Source of the DNA: Octopus vulgaris
Lineage: Eukaryota
DNA length: 64,000 nucleotides
Assembly (NCBI GenBank): GCA_951406725.2
Contig: OX597830.1
Coordinates: forward strand, 58,156,001 to 58,220,000
Direction of reading: 5' to 3'
Position 1 is the stretch's first letter. Each line of letters opens with the position of its first letter. The notes beneath the pieces are model-generated. The model saw only the letters and a program-made list of their open reading frames with translations. It was not told the DNA's origin and made no database searches. This document shows positions 28,022 to 42,873 of the stretch, piece by piece. Both the position numbers and the translations under genes were made by a program.

Positions 28022-31000
28022 AGAATGTTGGAATGAATGCTCAACAATGCATTGGTAGATAAATAATTTCTTTACTTGTGAATTAAAACTACCATTGGTT
28101 TCATGTTAAGTAGAGTAGGAAAGTATCCAAGTATCTTAACAATTTTTCAAGCTTATCACATGGAGAAAGGTGTTCACCTTCATTTAGGAAAACAATATAT
28201 AATGTTCTGACAGAACATCTACGTTTAAGTGGGAATATTACCTCCCTGTATTAATACTACTTCTTTTGCTAATACATATATATATTATAATTTTTTCTTA
28301 CATATTTGTATTGTCCTTTGAAATGTGCGTATGTATTGAATCCTATTTTGTATAAATCTAATTTTGATAAAATCTCTTGACAGTAACTTGCTGCCCTGTG
28401 ATGATGATAACCTTGCAGACCCTTATGTCAGGATGTATCTGCTCCCAGACAAGAGTAGCACCAGCAAGAGAAAAACTGAAGTGGTTAAAAACAGTCTGAA
28501 TCCCATCTATGATTTAACGTAAGTGTTGTAGACTTATTTCTCTGTCATAATAAATGAATATTTAATTATGAGGCTCTGTGGCATATACATGTATGTGTAG
28601 TGTGTGCATATGTATATATATGTGGGGGTGTGTGTGCATATGTACATGTGTGTGGGTGCATATGTACGTGTATGTGCATATGTACATGCATATGTGCACA
28701 TGTATATATATGCGTGTATGTCTATATATATATATATAAATGCATGTATGTGTGTGTGTGTGTGTGTGTGTCTATACATGTGTGTGTGTGTGTCTATATA
28801 TGTGTGTGTGTGTGTGTGTGTATAATAATGGTGACGGTGGTAATGTTGATCATCTCTGTGTATTGTTGTATACTGATGATGTATTTGCTTCAATTTCCAG
28901 CTTTGAATTTGCTGTAGCCCCTGGTGAACTGGCTACCCGCACGCTGGACATAGCAGTCAAGCATAACAAATCCATGTTCTCTAGTGATCGCCAGATCATT
29001 GGTGTGGCCTTCATACAGCTCCACAATATTGAAGATTCAAAAGCTGTGACTGACTTGTGAGTAACTTCTAACTTGTCTGCTTATATATATTTTATAATTA
29101 ATGTGAGAATTATTTGGCCATGATATGTGAGTCTATATAAATAAAAGTAATTTAATTTTCTGTAAATAAATTTATTCTTCTGAAGCTAACTTTAACTCTA
29201 ATATTCATATATTTGTAGTAAAAAATAGAAAAGGGTTTTAGTTTTCATAAAATAACAGACAGGCGTAGCTGTGTGGTAAGAAGCTTGCTTCCCAACCACA
29301 TGGTTCTGGGTTCAGTCCTACTGCGTGGCACCTTGGGCAAATGTCTTCTACTCTTAGCTTTGGGCTGACCAAATCCTTGTGAGTAGATTTGGTGGAAGGA
29401 AACTGAAAGAAGCCCACCATATATTATATATCATCATCATCATTGTCGTCATAATTTAACGTCTGCTTTCCATGCTGGCATGGGTTGGACGGTTTGACCG
29501 AAGATTGGTGAGCCAGAAGGTTGCACCAAGCTCAATCTGATCTGGCAAAGTTTCTAGAGCTGGATGCCCTTCCTAACGCCAACCACTCTGAGAGTGTAGT
29601 GGGTGGCATGCTGGTGAGTTTACGTCCCCGTAACTTAGCAGTTTGGCAAACGAGACTGATAGAATAAGTGTTAGGCTTACAAAGAATATGTCCTGGGGTC
29701 AATTTGCTCAACTGAATGTGGTGTTCCAGCATGGCCACTGTCAAATGACTGAAACAAATAAAAGAATAATATATATATATAGCATGTCAAAAACACCATT
29801 TGGGCATGGTCGATGCCAGTGCTGGGTGATTGGTCCTGTGCCGGTAGCATGTAAAAAGCACCCTTTGAGTGTGGTTGTTGCCAGTGCTGCTTGACTGGCT
29901 CCCATAAAAAGCACCCACTACACTCTTAGAGTGGTTAGCATTAGGAAGGGCGTCCAGCTGTAGAAAATTTGCCAGATCAGATTGGAGCTTGGTGCAGCCT
30001 TCTGGCTTGCCAGCCCTCAGTCAAACCGCCCAACCCATACTGGCATGGAAAGTGGAAGTTAAATGATGATGATGTATGTGTGTATATATATATGAAATGT
30101 GTGTCCCATCATCCAAAGAACATTTGTGGTGATCTTGATGTAGATGCAGCTGCTACAGAAATTCACTAATTATATTGTTTGGATATATTAATATAGTTTC
30201 TTTTTGCCTTCCTTAGTCAACAAGGAGGACTGAAAATTATTTAAGGAAACTTCCGTCTTTTCCTTCCAGTTAGATTGAGGTGTGTAGATTTAAATGTCGC
30301 ATCTCTGCCTTCCTTCCTTTGTCTCCCCACTGGAATGCCTTTTGTAGACATGAAACAATGAATTCACAGATGCTCATGTCTGATCAGTCTTTTGCTTTAT
30401 ACTAAGATAGTTTGTCAGGCGTTCATTATATTTAGATGATTGAAGTTCAACAACAATGATGATAATGGCTTTATGTCAAGGGTAGGGAACCAAATTTAAA
30501 ATTACTTCCTGAGAAAGTCACAAAAAACCCTAATGATAAAAGAAAGAAGAAACCAGCCAAAAGAATCAGGCTAAATTAGTTAAATCATCATCATCATCAT
30601 CATCATCACTTAACATCTGTTTTCCATGCTGGCATGGATTGGATGCTTTGACTGGAGATGACAAGCTGGAGAGATGCTCCAAGCTGATTGTCTATTTTGG
30701 CTTGGTTTCTATGGCTGGGTGCCCTTCCTAAAGCCTACCATTTCACAGAGTATTTTGGGTGCTTTTTATGTGGCACCAGCATCAGGAGGGTTGCCAAGTA
30801 ACTTGCAAGACTTGAGATTTGTTAGTTGAGAGAGGATGTGAAACTGGGGGGGTCAGTCAAGAGATTAAGTGTATGATTGAGAGACAGATTGTCGTCTTAC
30901 TATAGAGGAGAGCTTTGGTTAAAATTTAAGATTAATAATTTTTCTCAGCACAAATGCATCTCCATAGTTTTTATACACTAACAATTTGCCTATGATTCTA

Positions 31001-31272
31001 ACAGACAAACCATAATACCACATACAGGCATGCTTTCTACTTTATTTTCCAAAATAACAGGCAGGCATAATTCAATTAAAATAATTGAATCTTTATTTTT
31101 AATTCTAATGTTGTGCCAGGGTTTTCCTGAATGATTTTATGAAAAGAGTTAAAATAGTTTATAATTTATTTTATCAATATTTAAAATAAATGTTTTGTTT
31201 CTTCTCTTTGCCAGTTTTGATCTTCAACCAGAAGACTGTGTTGAGAAAATCTCAATTGATTCAGAAAATTAA
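1137..31272 (+). CDS. ESYT2: Extended synaptotagmin (ESYT2/3-type), 5'-partial: join(1137-1222,4558-4606,6321-6410,20411-20503,22909-23070,24105-24260,26254-26522,26946-27044,28384-28518,28901-29056,31215-31272)
   Basis: 11 exons with AG/GT boundaries whose phases join into one 1353-nt frame ending in TAA. Peptides match E-Syt C2A end, C2B and C2C. The window starts on a GTAAG donor, so the TM/SMP exons lie upstream. Orthology to ESYT2 versus ESYT3 cannot be resolved by eye. Confidence 0.92.
4558..4606 (+). CDS. ESYT2: ESYT exon ([16 protein letters not shown])
   Basis: tctttag acceptor, gtaagt donor; phase 2 to phase 0 fits both neighbours. Confidence 0.88.
4737..5242. mobile_element. Fold-back element: two head-to-head copies of a tRNA-headed SINE-like unit with an HHR-like (Penelope-type) motif
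   Basis: Inverted arms ~4767-4993 and 5005-5242; A-box and B-box-like motifs; CTGATGA...GAAAC core on the minus strand at 4855-4823. Confidence 0.75.
5243..5600 (-). mobile_element. RTE-LINE 3' end / derived SINE with (CAT)n tail; further copies near 7540-7950, 29430-30070, 30590-30800, 34990-35160, 35700-35870, 36470-36740, 38380-38640
   Basis: Recurrent catcatcgtttaa..ttccatgctggcatgggttgga..cagctggatgcccttcctaa motif; contains the same 65-bp unit as 20662-21860. Confidence 0.7.
6321..6410 (+). CDS. ESYT2: ESYT exon ([30 protein letters not shown])
   Basis: cctctag acceptor, gtaagt donor; W.L....SG..H.KL.WL end of C2A. Confidence 0.92.
9628..9855. mobile_element. Mariner-type MITE, copy 1 (empty site)
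   Basis: Long TIRs ttgggttgg.cataattattgcagc / gctgtaataattatgcaccaacccaa; TA at the right end. Confidence 0.8.
9858..10285. repeat. (TACA/TA)n compound microsatellite
   Basis: Direct reading. Confidence 0.95.
10286..10721. mobile_element. Mariner-type MITE, copy 2 (carries an insertion)
   Basis: Same TIRs and internal sequence as copy 1; TA flanks at 10284-10285 and 10722-10723. Confidence 0.82.
10351..10574. mobile_element. piggyBac-type MITE (224 bp)
   Basis: TTAA duplication at 10347-10350 and 10575-10578; TIRs cccttttgttacc / ggtaacgaaaggg. Confidence 0.88.
12108..12312 (-). mobile_element. Short fold-back element with HHR-like core (same family as 36962-37223)
   Basis: Inverted ends tgtaatatgtgacaattattc / gaataattgtcacatattaca; minus-strand CTGAAGA...GAAACTCGGAGTT; shared tail sequence. 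Confidence 0.65.
12966..13330 (+). mobile_element. DINE-1/HINE-like non-autonomous Helentron-type element
   Basis: 5' hairpin acctccacctta-gc-taaggcggaggt, short GTTT repeat, 3' subterminal inverted copy ccttggtagaggt, terminal stem-loop. Confidence 0.6.
15980..16290 (-). pseudogene. Degenerate Merlin/IS1595-like transposase fragment
   Basis: Minus-strand peptides [12 protein letters not shown] and [15 protein letters not shown] occur in the order and spacing of Merlin VDW..R / QIDE..KYNRGR motifs; interrupted. Confidence 0.45.
19675..20097 (+). mobile_element. tRNA-derived CORE-type SINE; other copies near 3210-3355, 19020-19175(-), 29262-29420, 36810-36910, 40090-40230, 55785-55885(-), 58385-58720
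   Basis: tRNA-like head gtggctgtgtggtaag...gggttcagtc, CORE-like accttg.gcaagtgtctt, internal (TA)n; multicopy in the window. Confidence 0.75.
20411..20503 (+). CDS. ESYT2: ESYT exon, start of C2B ([31 protein letters not shown])
   Basis: ttccag acceptor, gtaagt donor; LSS..L...DSA..LP motif. Confidence 0.92.
20662..21860. repeat. 65-bp minisatellite (~15 near-identical plus ~4 diverged units) in the 3' part of an RTE LINE
   Basis: Unit gagccagtcagggggacctggcatcagccatgtttggatggtgcttttatgtacgaccagcacgt repeated head to tail. Confidence 0.95.
21870..22855 (-). mobile_element. RTE-clade LINE, 5'-truncated ORF2 remnant
   Basis: Minus-strand ORFs [18 protein letters not shown]...CKLWTHKRC and [17 protein letters not shown]...[17 protein letters not shown]; frameshifted. 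Confidence 0.85.
22909..23070 (+). CDS. ESYT2: ESYT exon, C2B ([24 protein letters not shown]...[24 protein letters not shown])
   Basis: atttag acceptor, gtaagt donor; PSPYV and NP.W.E.F.F C2 motifs. Confidence 0.93.
24105..24260 (+). CDS. ESYT2: ESYT exon, end of C2B ([32 protein letters not shown]...KLRLQLVLR)
   Basis: ttacag acceptor, gtaaga donor; phase 0-0. Confidence 0.92.
24944..25328. mobile_element. Near-perfect fold-back element (~173-bp arms, ~38-bp spacer) with one HHR per arm
   Basis: Arms 24944-25117 and 25156-25328 are reverse complements with few mismatches. Confidence 0.85.
25188..25284 (+). ncRNA. Type I hammerhead ribozyme candidate (minimal, Penelope-type)
   Basis: Stem I tccttgattttc/gagaataaagga (11 of 12 pairs); CTGAAGA at 25200-25206; extended stem II; GAAA at 25261-25264; palindromic stem III ACATATGT; GTC cleavage triplet at 25270-25272. 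Confidence 0.72.
25329..25832. repeat. (TA/TG/TATG)n compound microsatellite
   Basis: Direct reading. Confidence 0.95.
26254..26522 (+). CDS. ESYT2: ESYT exon, Ser/acidic C2B-C2C linker ([10 protein letters not shown]...[11 protein letters not shown])
   Basis: ttatag acceptor; open frame; LRQR motif; weak AG|gttaat donor whose phase matches the next exon. Confidence 0.85.
26946..27044 (+). CDS. ESYT2: ESYT exon, start of C2C ([32 protein letters not shown])
   Basis: ataag acceptor, gtaagt donor; G.IQLT.RYS..R.KL.VVVH motif. Confidence 0.92.
27890..27936 (-). ncRNA. Hammerhead ribozyme relic with G12A substitution
   Basis: Minus strand reads ccatca-CTGATGA-gacc aaggaa ggtc-AAAA-tcatgtga-TC-tggtgg; all three stems pair, but GAAA reads AAAA. 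Confidence 0.6.
28384..28518 (+). CDS. ESYT2: ESYT exon, C2C ([43 protein letters not shown])
   Basis: gacag acceptor, gtaagt donor; [11 protein letters not shown] plus basic KRKT patch. Confidence 0.94.
28901..29056 (+). CDS. ESYT2: ESYT exon, C2C ([40 protein letters not shown]...)
   Basis: ttccag acceptor, gtgagt donor; RTLD.AVK motif. Confidence 0.93.
31215..31272 (+). CDS. ESYT2: ESYT terminal coding exon ([18 protein letters not shown])
   Basis: ttgccag acceptor; phase fits; TAA at 31270-31272. Confidence 0.85.
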
Positions 31273-35610
<4,338 letters not shown>

Positions 35611-36961
35611 ATGAGGCTTTCTTTCTTTTTTCCTTTTTTTCGTAATACTTTAAATGTAATGTCTATTAGTTCCTTTATTCCAAATTCCCTAACTTAAAAG
35701 GCACCCAGTACGTTCTTTAAAGTGGTTGGCATTAGGAAGGGCATCCAGCCATAGAAACGAAGTCAACTCAGAATGGAACCTGGTGCTGCAGCTCTCCAGC
35801 CTTGCCATCTCTGGTCAAACCATGCAACCTTTGCCAGCATAAAAAACAGCCATTAAATGATGATGATGGCTTGGTACTTTGAGATATTTAAAAGACATTA
35901 GAGTTGGTGGACACAGCCCAGAAGTTCGTCTTGGGTGTTTTATGGTATATGGTATCATCCCCTTACAGTATACAGCCCAAAGACTAACCTTCAGGTTCAG
36001 CTCTTTGGTTTTGCTGACTCATGATGAAGAGCAAGTGTGACTGTCAGAGGAATGCTGTCACCACACCTGGGGCAGTGTTGCTGCTGCTCTGTGCACACAC
36101 ACACACACACTAAACCAACACCTTAATTGGCAACGGGTCACTGAATAACTCACTACAGCCTGCAACTTCCAGACATGTTGTATATATGGCTGTGGTACAT
36201 TCATATTTACAGTTTGCATGTTCTGTATGACCCCCACCCCCATTTCTTGTCCAGACTATCGGTCTCCAGGAAGCAGTCTAGAGATGTGCAACCCAATGAA
36301 TATCGTCTGGCAGTCACTTACCATATCTTGAACGTATTGCTTCTTTGGGTATCAACACTTTTGACATCCATCTGGCAGTAGAATCCCAAAATATTATCTG
36401 CCATCTTTCAAACAACAGCTTTAGTCAACATTTTGAATTCACTACCTCTACCAATCATCACCATGCTTATATCATCATCATCATCGTTTAATGTCCGTTT
36501 TCCATGCTGGCATGGGTTGGATGGTTCGACTGGGCCAATCTGATCTGGCAGTGTTTCTACAGTTGGATGCCATTCCTAATACCAACCACTCTGAGAGTGT
36601 AGTGGGTGCTTTTTACATGCCACTGGCACAGGGGCCACAGGAGTTGGCATCAACCACGATTGGATGGTGCTTTTTACGTGCCACCGGCATGGAAGCCAGT
36701 CAAAGCAGCACTGGTATCAGCCACTTTTGGATGGTGCTTTTATAATCAGAAGAAAATGCTACAAGTTGTAGTACACCTGAGCACTCTATCCAATTATTAG
36801 AGTTCAGTTGCAGTGTGTGGCACCTTGGGCAAATGTCCTCAACTATAGCCACAAATTAACTAAAGCCTTGTCAATGGATTTGATAGAAAGAAACTGAAAG
36901 AAGGCCATAATGTATACATACATTTTATATATATATATATAAACATAAATAATATCTTTAA

Positions 36962-37223
36962 ATATGATATGTGACAATTGGTTGTCATAATAAAACTCAG
37001 AGTTTTGGATACTGGGGCTGAAGTTTGCTCTGGCATCTCATCAGTTATTAAGACAAAAGCGTTTTTGTTTGTCTTAATTAATAACTGATGAGATGCTGGA
37101 GCAGACTTCAGCCCCGGTATCCGAAACTCTGAGTTTTATTATGACAACCAACTAATTGCCACATATTACAGATAAATTCCTCTATTTACATAAAATCGAG
37201 GTCTCATTCATTCTTTTGTTGTC
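36962..37223 (+). mobile_element. Fold-back element with HHR motif (CTGATGA at 37085-37091, GAAA at 37123-37126)
   Basis: Inverted arms ~36967-37056 and 37068-37167; stem I taataa/ttatta; GTT triplet; tail shared with 12108-12163. Confidence 0.72.
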
Positions 37224-39033
37224 ATATTATTATTATTAATATAAATAATACAGATATTTTCTGAAAATCTTTTTAGTCTAACCACAATATTTCTTTGGGT
37301 TTGAGGTATGCATATACACAAAAGTCTGCATGTAATTGGCTTTTTTAAACAGAAATTTACAATACTGGTTAGTTGTGTCAAATACTAAATATATGAGACG
37401 CTGTGAGGAAGGAATATCAATTTTTACAAGCAGCCATTTTTTGCAACTGATACGATTTAGATATTAAAAATGAAGTAAAATGGACCTTTTGAGGTTTCAG
37501 AAATAATTCAAATATTTTAGATTGCATAGTTTGGAGGTTATGACTTAGAGAAAAACATTTAGTCCAAGGTCCATTGTGATTAAACCAAACTCATGTTCAA
37601 AATCATTCCAGTTGTGACCATGCTGTCTCTTTGACTATTGAGAACTACATTAGCCGTTTTTTTTTTGTTCAAAAATGTCATTTGAATGAGATGTGTCTGC
37701 TATTTCTAGTTGGCTGATGGATGGCACAGAAGTTCCCTTGGTTCAGAGATTTGCCCTTTAAATGGTTACACATTCAATATTTGAGAAGATGACTTGTAAT
37801 TTACAAATGTTTCTTTGTATATGTTTTTTAATTGTTTTTTTTCTTTGCTTAATATTTTTCTATTTCAATGGAAGAAGAAGTACAACAATAAAATTTCATC
37901 TTAAATTACAACCTTCAATAAATTAGCCAGAAGAGAAAATAGTAACATGTAGGAACAAAAAGAAAGAAAGAAAAGGATAAATTTCCATCATCATCATCAT
38001 TAGTGTCATCATCATCATCATCATCATCATCGTCAATGTCACCATCAGTGTCATCATCATCATTGTTCCTTCGCTGGGTTTGGTTTCTCAAGTGAGAATG
38101 TTATGTCTATGACAGTGATGCAAGGCACTATTTACTTGGTCTTACTAGTTACATAATACAACTAAACTGGTTATAATAAATTCATTAAAACTAGGAATAC
38201 ACTGAATGTCTTGTCAACATATTTTCCCAGCTGTGAAAGAAATTTAAGAAGACTTTCAATTCTTGACCTGTTTTCAAAGAAATAGAGACTTGTTGATACG
38301 AAACAAACGCACAAAGGAAATAAATGAAAAACTCCAAATAATCATGTATATATATATATGTATATATATATATATACATCATCATCATCATCATTTGAAG
38401 TTTGTCTTTCATGCTGGCGTGGGTTGGGCTGTTTGACAGGAACTGGCCAGGCAGGAGCCTATACCAGATTTCTGTATCTGATTTTGCATGGGTTTTACAG
38501 CTGGATGCCCTTCCTAACACCAACCACTCAGCAAAGAGGACTAAGTGCTTTTTACATGACATAAGCACAGGCAAAGTAAGTTTTGGCGTGGTTTTACAGC
38601 TGGATGCCCTTCCAAATGTCAACCACTTTACAGTGTGAACTTTTAACCCACATCATATGACGGGTCACTGAAGAAAAAAGCATCCGTTTTTTCTGGAGGT
38701 TATGAGGAAACAAAGTTATAAGGGGGCACACTTGTGTAGATATACCAACAAACTAGTAAACTGATCCCAAGAGAACATTAGCTACATGGATGACTGTGGT
38801 CTTGGAGGGCTTATGAAGGCAATGGAAACAGCTCCATATCCCAGGACAAAGCAATATTAAAAAAATAAAATCAATCTATACCTCCACTCCAACCGCCAAC
38901 AATACAATAATCTCATAGAGTTGAAAGCATAAATATAGAGCAATGAGTCATGTCTTCTACTATCTCAAATTGAAATCTGATAAAGCCAGCTTATATAATC
39001 TTCATCTCTCTGGAATCCCTCGACCAACAATTG

Positions 39034-40049
39034 CAGCGGTTCTCAACAGGTCCCTGTGACCCTTGGAGGTCCATGTAAGATTTCGTTGTTAAATTGTATG
39101 TTCAATAAATGGCAGAGTTTCAGATCAGGTGATAATCACAGGTTGGCTTTTCCCCATTTTAACGGGGAAGGGGGCATCTTTTTATGAAGAAAAATTCTTC
39201 AAAATTTATGGTTTTTCTTTCACCTCCCCGGACTGAATTTGACCAGGTTTTTTTCTTTTGCACTTTGCACTTAAAAATCTTAGGAGGAGCCTCTTTTTTT
39301 TATATATATATTTTCAGGTGAAAGAGTGTGTTATTTAAAGGAAATTTGGCTGTTGTTTCAAGCACATTCCACGACCACCGTCCTCGTCACTTTGTCACTG
39401 ACATGTTTTGATGTTTTCCAATATTCTTCTCCCCATAAACGTTTCCACGCCGGACGAAATGCTTAGCGGTATTTCGTCTGCCGCTACGTTCTGAGTTCAA
39501 ATTCCGCCGAGGTGGACTTTGCCTTTCATCCTTTCGGGGTCGATAAATTAAGTACCAGTTACGCACTGGAGTCGATGTAATCGACTTAATCCGTTTGTCT
39601 GTCCTTGTTTGTCCCCTCTGTGTTTAGCCCCTTGTGGGTAGTAAAGAAATAGGTATTTTGCCCGTCGCTACGTTCTGAGTTCAAATTCCACCGGGGTCGA
39701 CTTTGTCTTTCATCCTTTCTGTATCGATAAATTAAGTACCAGTTGCGTACTGAGGTCGATCTAATTGACTGCCCCCCCCTACCCTAAAATTTCGGGCCTT
39801 GTGCCTAAAGTAGAAAAGAATACCCTCCCCCTCCAACTTACGTGGGTGTCCTGATCCGAAACTCTGCCGAATAAACTGGTTTAATTTCTCCAAAATGTTT
39901 TAATTTGTTTTTTCATAGAATTCCTAATATTTAATTGTAGAAATATAAAAGGATTTTTTTCAACACGGAATGGCTCTGAGGGTCCACCTGAGTAAAGTAG
40001 GAATCAGAAGGGTCCACAGGTGGAAAAAAAAAATGGTTGAGAACCATTG
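39034..40049. mobile_element. hAT/Charlie-like MITE expanded by nested insertions
   Basis: TIRs cagcggttctcaac / gttgagaaccattg; no matching TSD seen. Confidence 0.55.
39447..39820 (+). mobile_element. Two tandem SINEs with a Nin/Deu-like domain; other copies near 41950-42125(-), 53280-53445, 56966-57155(-)
   Basis: B-box gagttcaaattc followed by gcctttcatcctttcggggtcgataaattaagtaccag. Confidence 0.7.
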
Positions 40050-40258
40050 ATCTATACGTTTCCTGTAGAAAATATCTTGTTCATAGTCACAGTCATAGCC
40101 TTGTGATGAAAAAATTTGCTTAGCAACCACATGGCGTCGAGTTCGATCTCAATGCATGGCACCTTAAGCGAGTGTCTTCTAAAATAGCCTCACGTTAAGT
40201 ATGTCGCGTGAGTGGAATTTAATACGGTGGAAACACACACACACACCACACACACACA

Positions 40259-40314
<56 letters not shown>

Positions 40315-40924
40315 ACACACAGACACACACACACACAAATATGTATGTATTTCTGTTTCTGTGAAATAGTACCTCGAGTTGTCTCCCCTTACGCAGGGTA
40401 CTGTATTTACTGATGTCTAAGACAAGGTTTTACTTTTTTATTCTTTTCATTTTTAAATGCTGCCAAAACTTGTCGTGCGTCTAATACTGCGATATTAAGG
40501 ATGAGAGAGCAAGTGCCATACAATAGAGAGTTGGATGAGCATAAGTATGCAAGGCACAATAATTTTTGCTAATAATAAAATATTGAAAAGAAGCCAAATT
40601 ATCACAGACTGTTGGCACGGACCTACGAAAACTTACTTAGGGTACAACGGCACTTATGTAGAGAGGTCACATTATCTCGTTACATCTCCTTCCTCCAGTA
40701 TACATAACCCACATCTAATATTTGTTTTATATTATTTAATGACTGTGTTATCCTTTAAGAAGTATTCTTTAATTACCTAATTACCTAACCTTATCTAAAT
40801 GAAAATTTGTCCTAGAAAGATGAAAGGGATGTTAAATTGTCACCCATCAGTCATTTGTAACGATTGGATGACAATAAAACCTTAGCAACGGTGGCTACTC
40901 TGGTGGCCGCTCGCCGTTACGCAA

Positions 40925-41412
40925 AACACCAGGCATTTGCCATATTCTAAACGCCTTACTTCCCTGGGCATGGACACATTGAAACTCCGACGTCTGACAG
41001 CTGACTTGGCAGACACCCATAAAATTATTAACCATCTTACAAACAATAACTCTGAGCACCTTTTCACACTCCATTTGTCTAACACCCGTGGACATGTTTA
41101 CAAAGTCAGAAAACAGCACAGCTCCCATGACTTTCGGAAACATTTTTTCACGCTAAGAGTTGCTGATGCATGGAACAAACTGCCGGCATCAGTTGTTAGT
41201 TGTCGGAGCACTGCATCCTTCAAAACTTCCATGCTTCCTGAGATTCGCCAACACTACACCTGATTTTCTCCCCTCCATACACACACACAAGCATGTAGCT
41301 GACTCATACACTGTTCGCTTCCCAGACATTTGTACATTACTGCAGATGCTTTATACGCACTTTCTGACAAGTTGTGGTGCACCTGAGCACTGTATACAAT
41401 AATTTCATTATT
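40925..41412 (+). mobile_element. CR1-clade LINE 3' end (ORF2 C-terminus plus 3' UTR)
   Basis: YSKRL..LGMDTLKLRRL.ADL...TRGH.YK...RKHFFTLRV...WNKLP..VV; (ATT)n tail. Confidence 0.88.
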
Positions 41413-42466
41413 ATTCTATTATTATATCACAAGCAAAAATAACAAGTTTTACGTCCTGTATGGCAATTCCTTCAACCAAATTATAAACAATTGTACAGTT
41501 GACTCGAAAGAGGATATAATATACGGTACCCCATAACGTAGTTTGTTTGTGACAAATTTATTGTTTCATACTGTATTCCAGTATTCTGTTAAAAATATGT
41601 TTGTATGCCCAAAGTCATACACCCCCCCCACCACAAAAACCTCTTTAAAATATCTTTCAATAAGTGTATGATGAAACAAACTGAACAGAGGCGCGTCTTA
41701 TACGCCGGCACATACGATAACGAAGCCATTAGATGAATTAAAATCAGTCCCGGGACTGATCTGATTGGCTTACTCTGTTGAAGGAAGTATCCCGGCATAA
41801 CAACTGTCCAATGATTGAAATCAATAAATTAAAGAAATCAATAACTTAAAATAATCAAAACACAATACCTGATGACTTTCGATGATGTTACAGCGCAGAC
41901 AAAACTTCTTCATCAGCCAAACAACATGTTTAAGTATGGGTCAGCAATTTCAGGAGAGTGGATAAGATCGATTATATCGACCCCCGTCTTCAACTGCAAC
42001 TTATCTTATCGATCCCGAAAGGATAAATGGCGAAGTTGATCTCAGCGGAATTTGAACTCAGAACGTAAAGACGGACGAAATGCCGCTAAGCATTTCGCCC
42101 GACCTGCAAACGATTTTGCCTTAGCATGTTTCATACATCAATACATGAATTAATAAAACATATCGTAACTGGTTCCAATCAAAACCATGTTTTATTCTGT
42201 CGTCAACATCGTGAGTACAAATCGAACCAAACGTTGTATTTCTCTTGTTCTTCTGAATCCTGCTGTTTCATTTATTATTTATGCACGTTGTCTGATAGAA
42301 CCAGAATCCATCGATCGTTGATTTTACGTGGAAACAAGTTAAAGCAACAGATTGGAATTGTTTATGGCATTTTCCCAACTGTTTCGTTTATGTACACCAC
42401 TCGTTATTGTTGTTGGTTAATCTGTGCGGAGCTTTGAATAAAATTAAAAAAGCATTCCAGTTATAG

Positions 42467-42547
<81 letters not shown>

Positions 42548-42617
42548 CATGCACACATACATGTATACATACATACATTCATGCATACATACATACATTC
42601 ATACATACATACGTACA

Positions 42618-42650
<33 letters not shown>

Positions 42651-42873
42651 GGTATATTTAGGATTACATTATTCTGCGTTTTCTTGTAATTTGTAGTTTG
42701 ATCTAGATTTCGTTGCTATTTCTAACCAGTGGAGAGGCTTATTACATATATACCGGTGTTTCCTTCTTTCTTTGTCTTTTGTTGTTGTTTTAGTAGAGCT
42801 GTGTCAAGATTTTCTTGATTGTGGTGGCAGTGGTAAGTGGTTGTTTTGTTAATGTTGTTGTAACATTTGTAGG

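Noticed and set aside
41865-41925. CTGATGA motifs as further hammerheads (also near 52157)
   Set aside because: No properly placed stem II, GAAA or stem III
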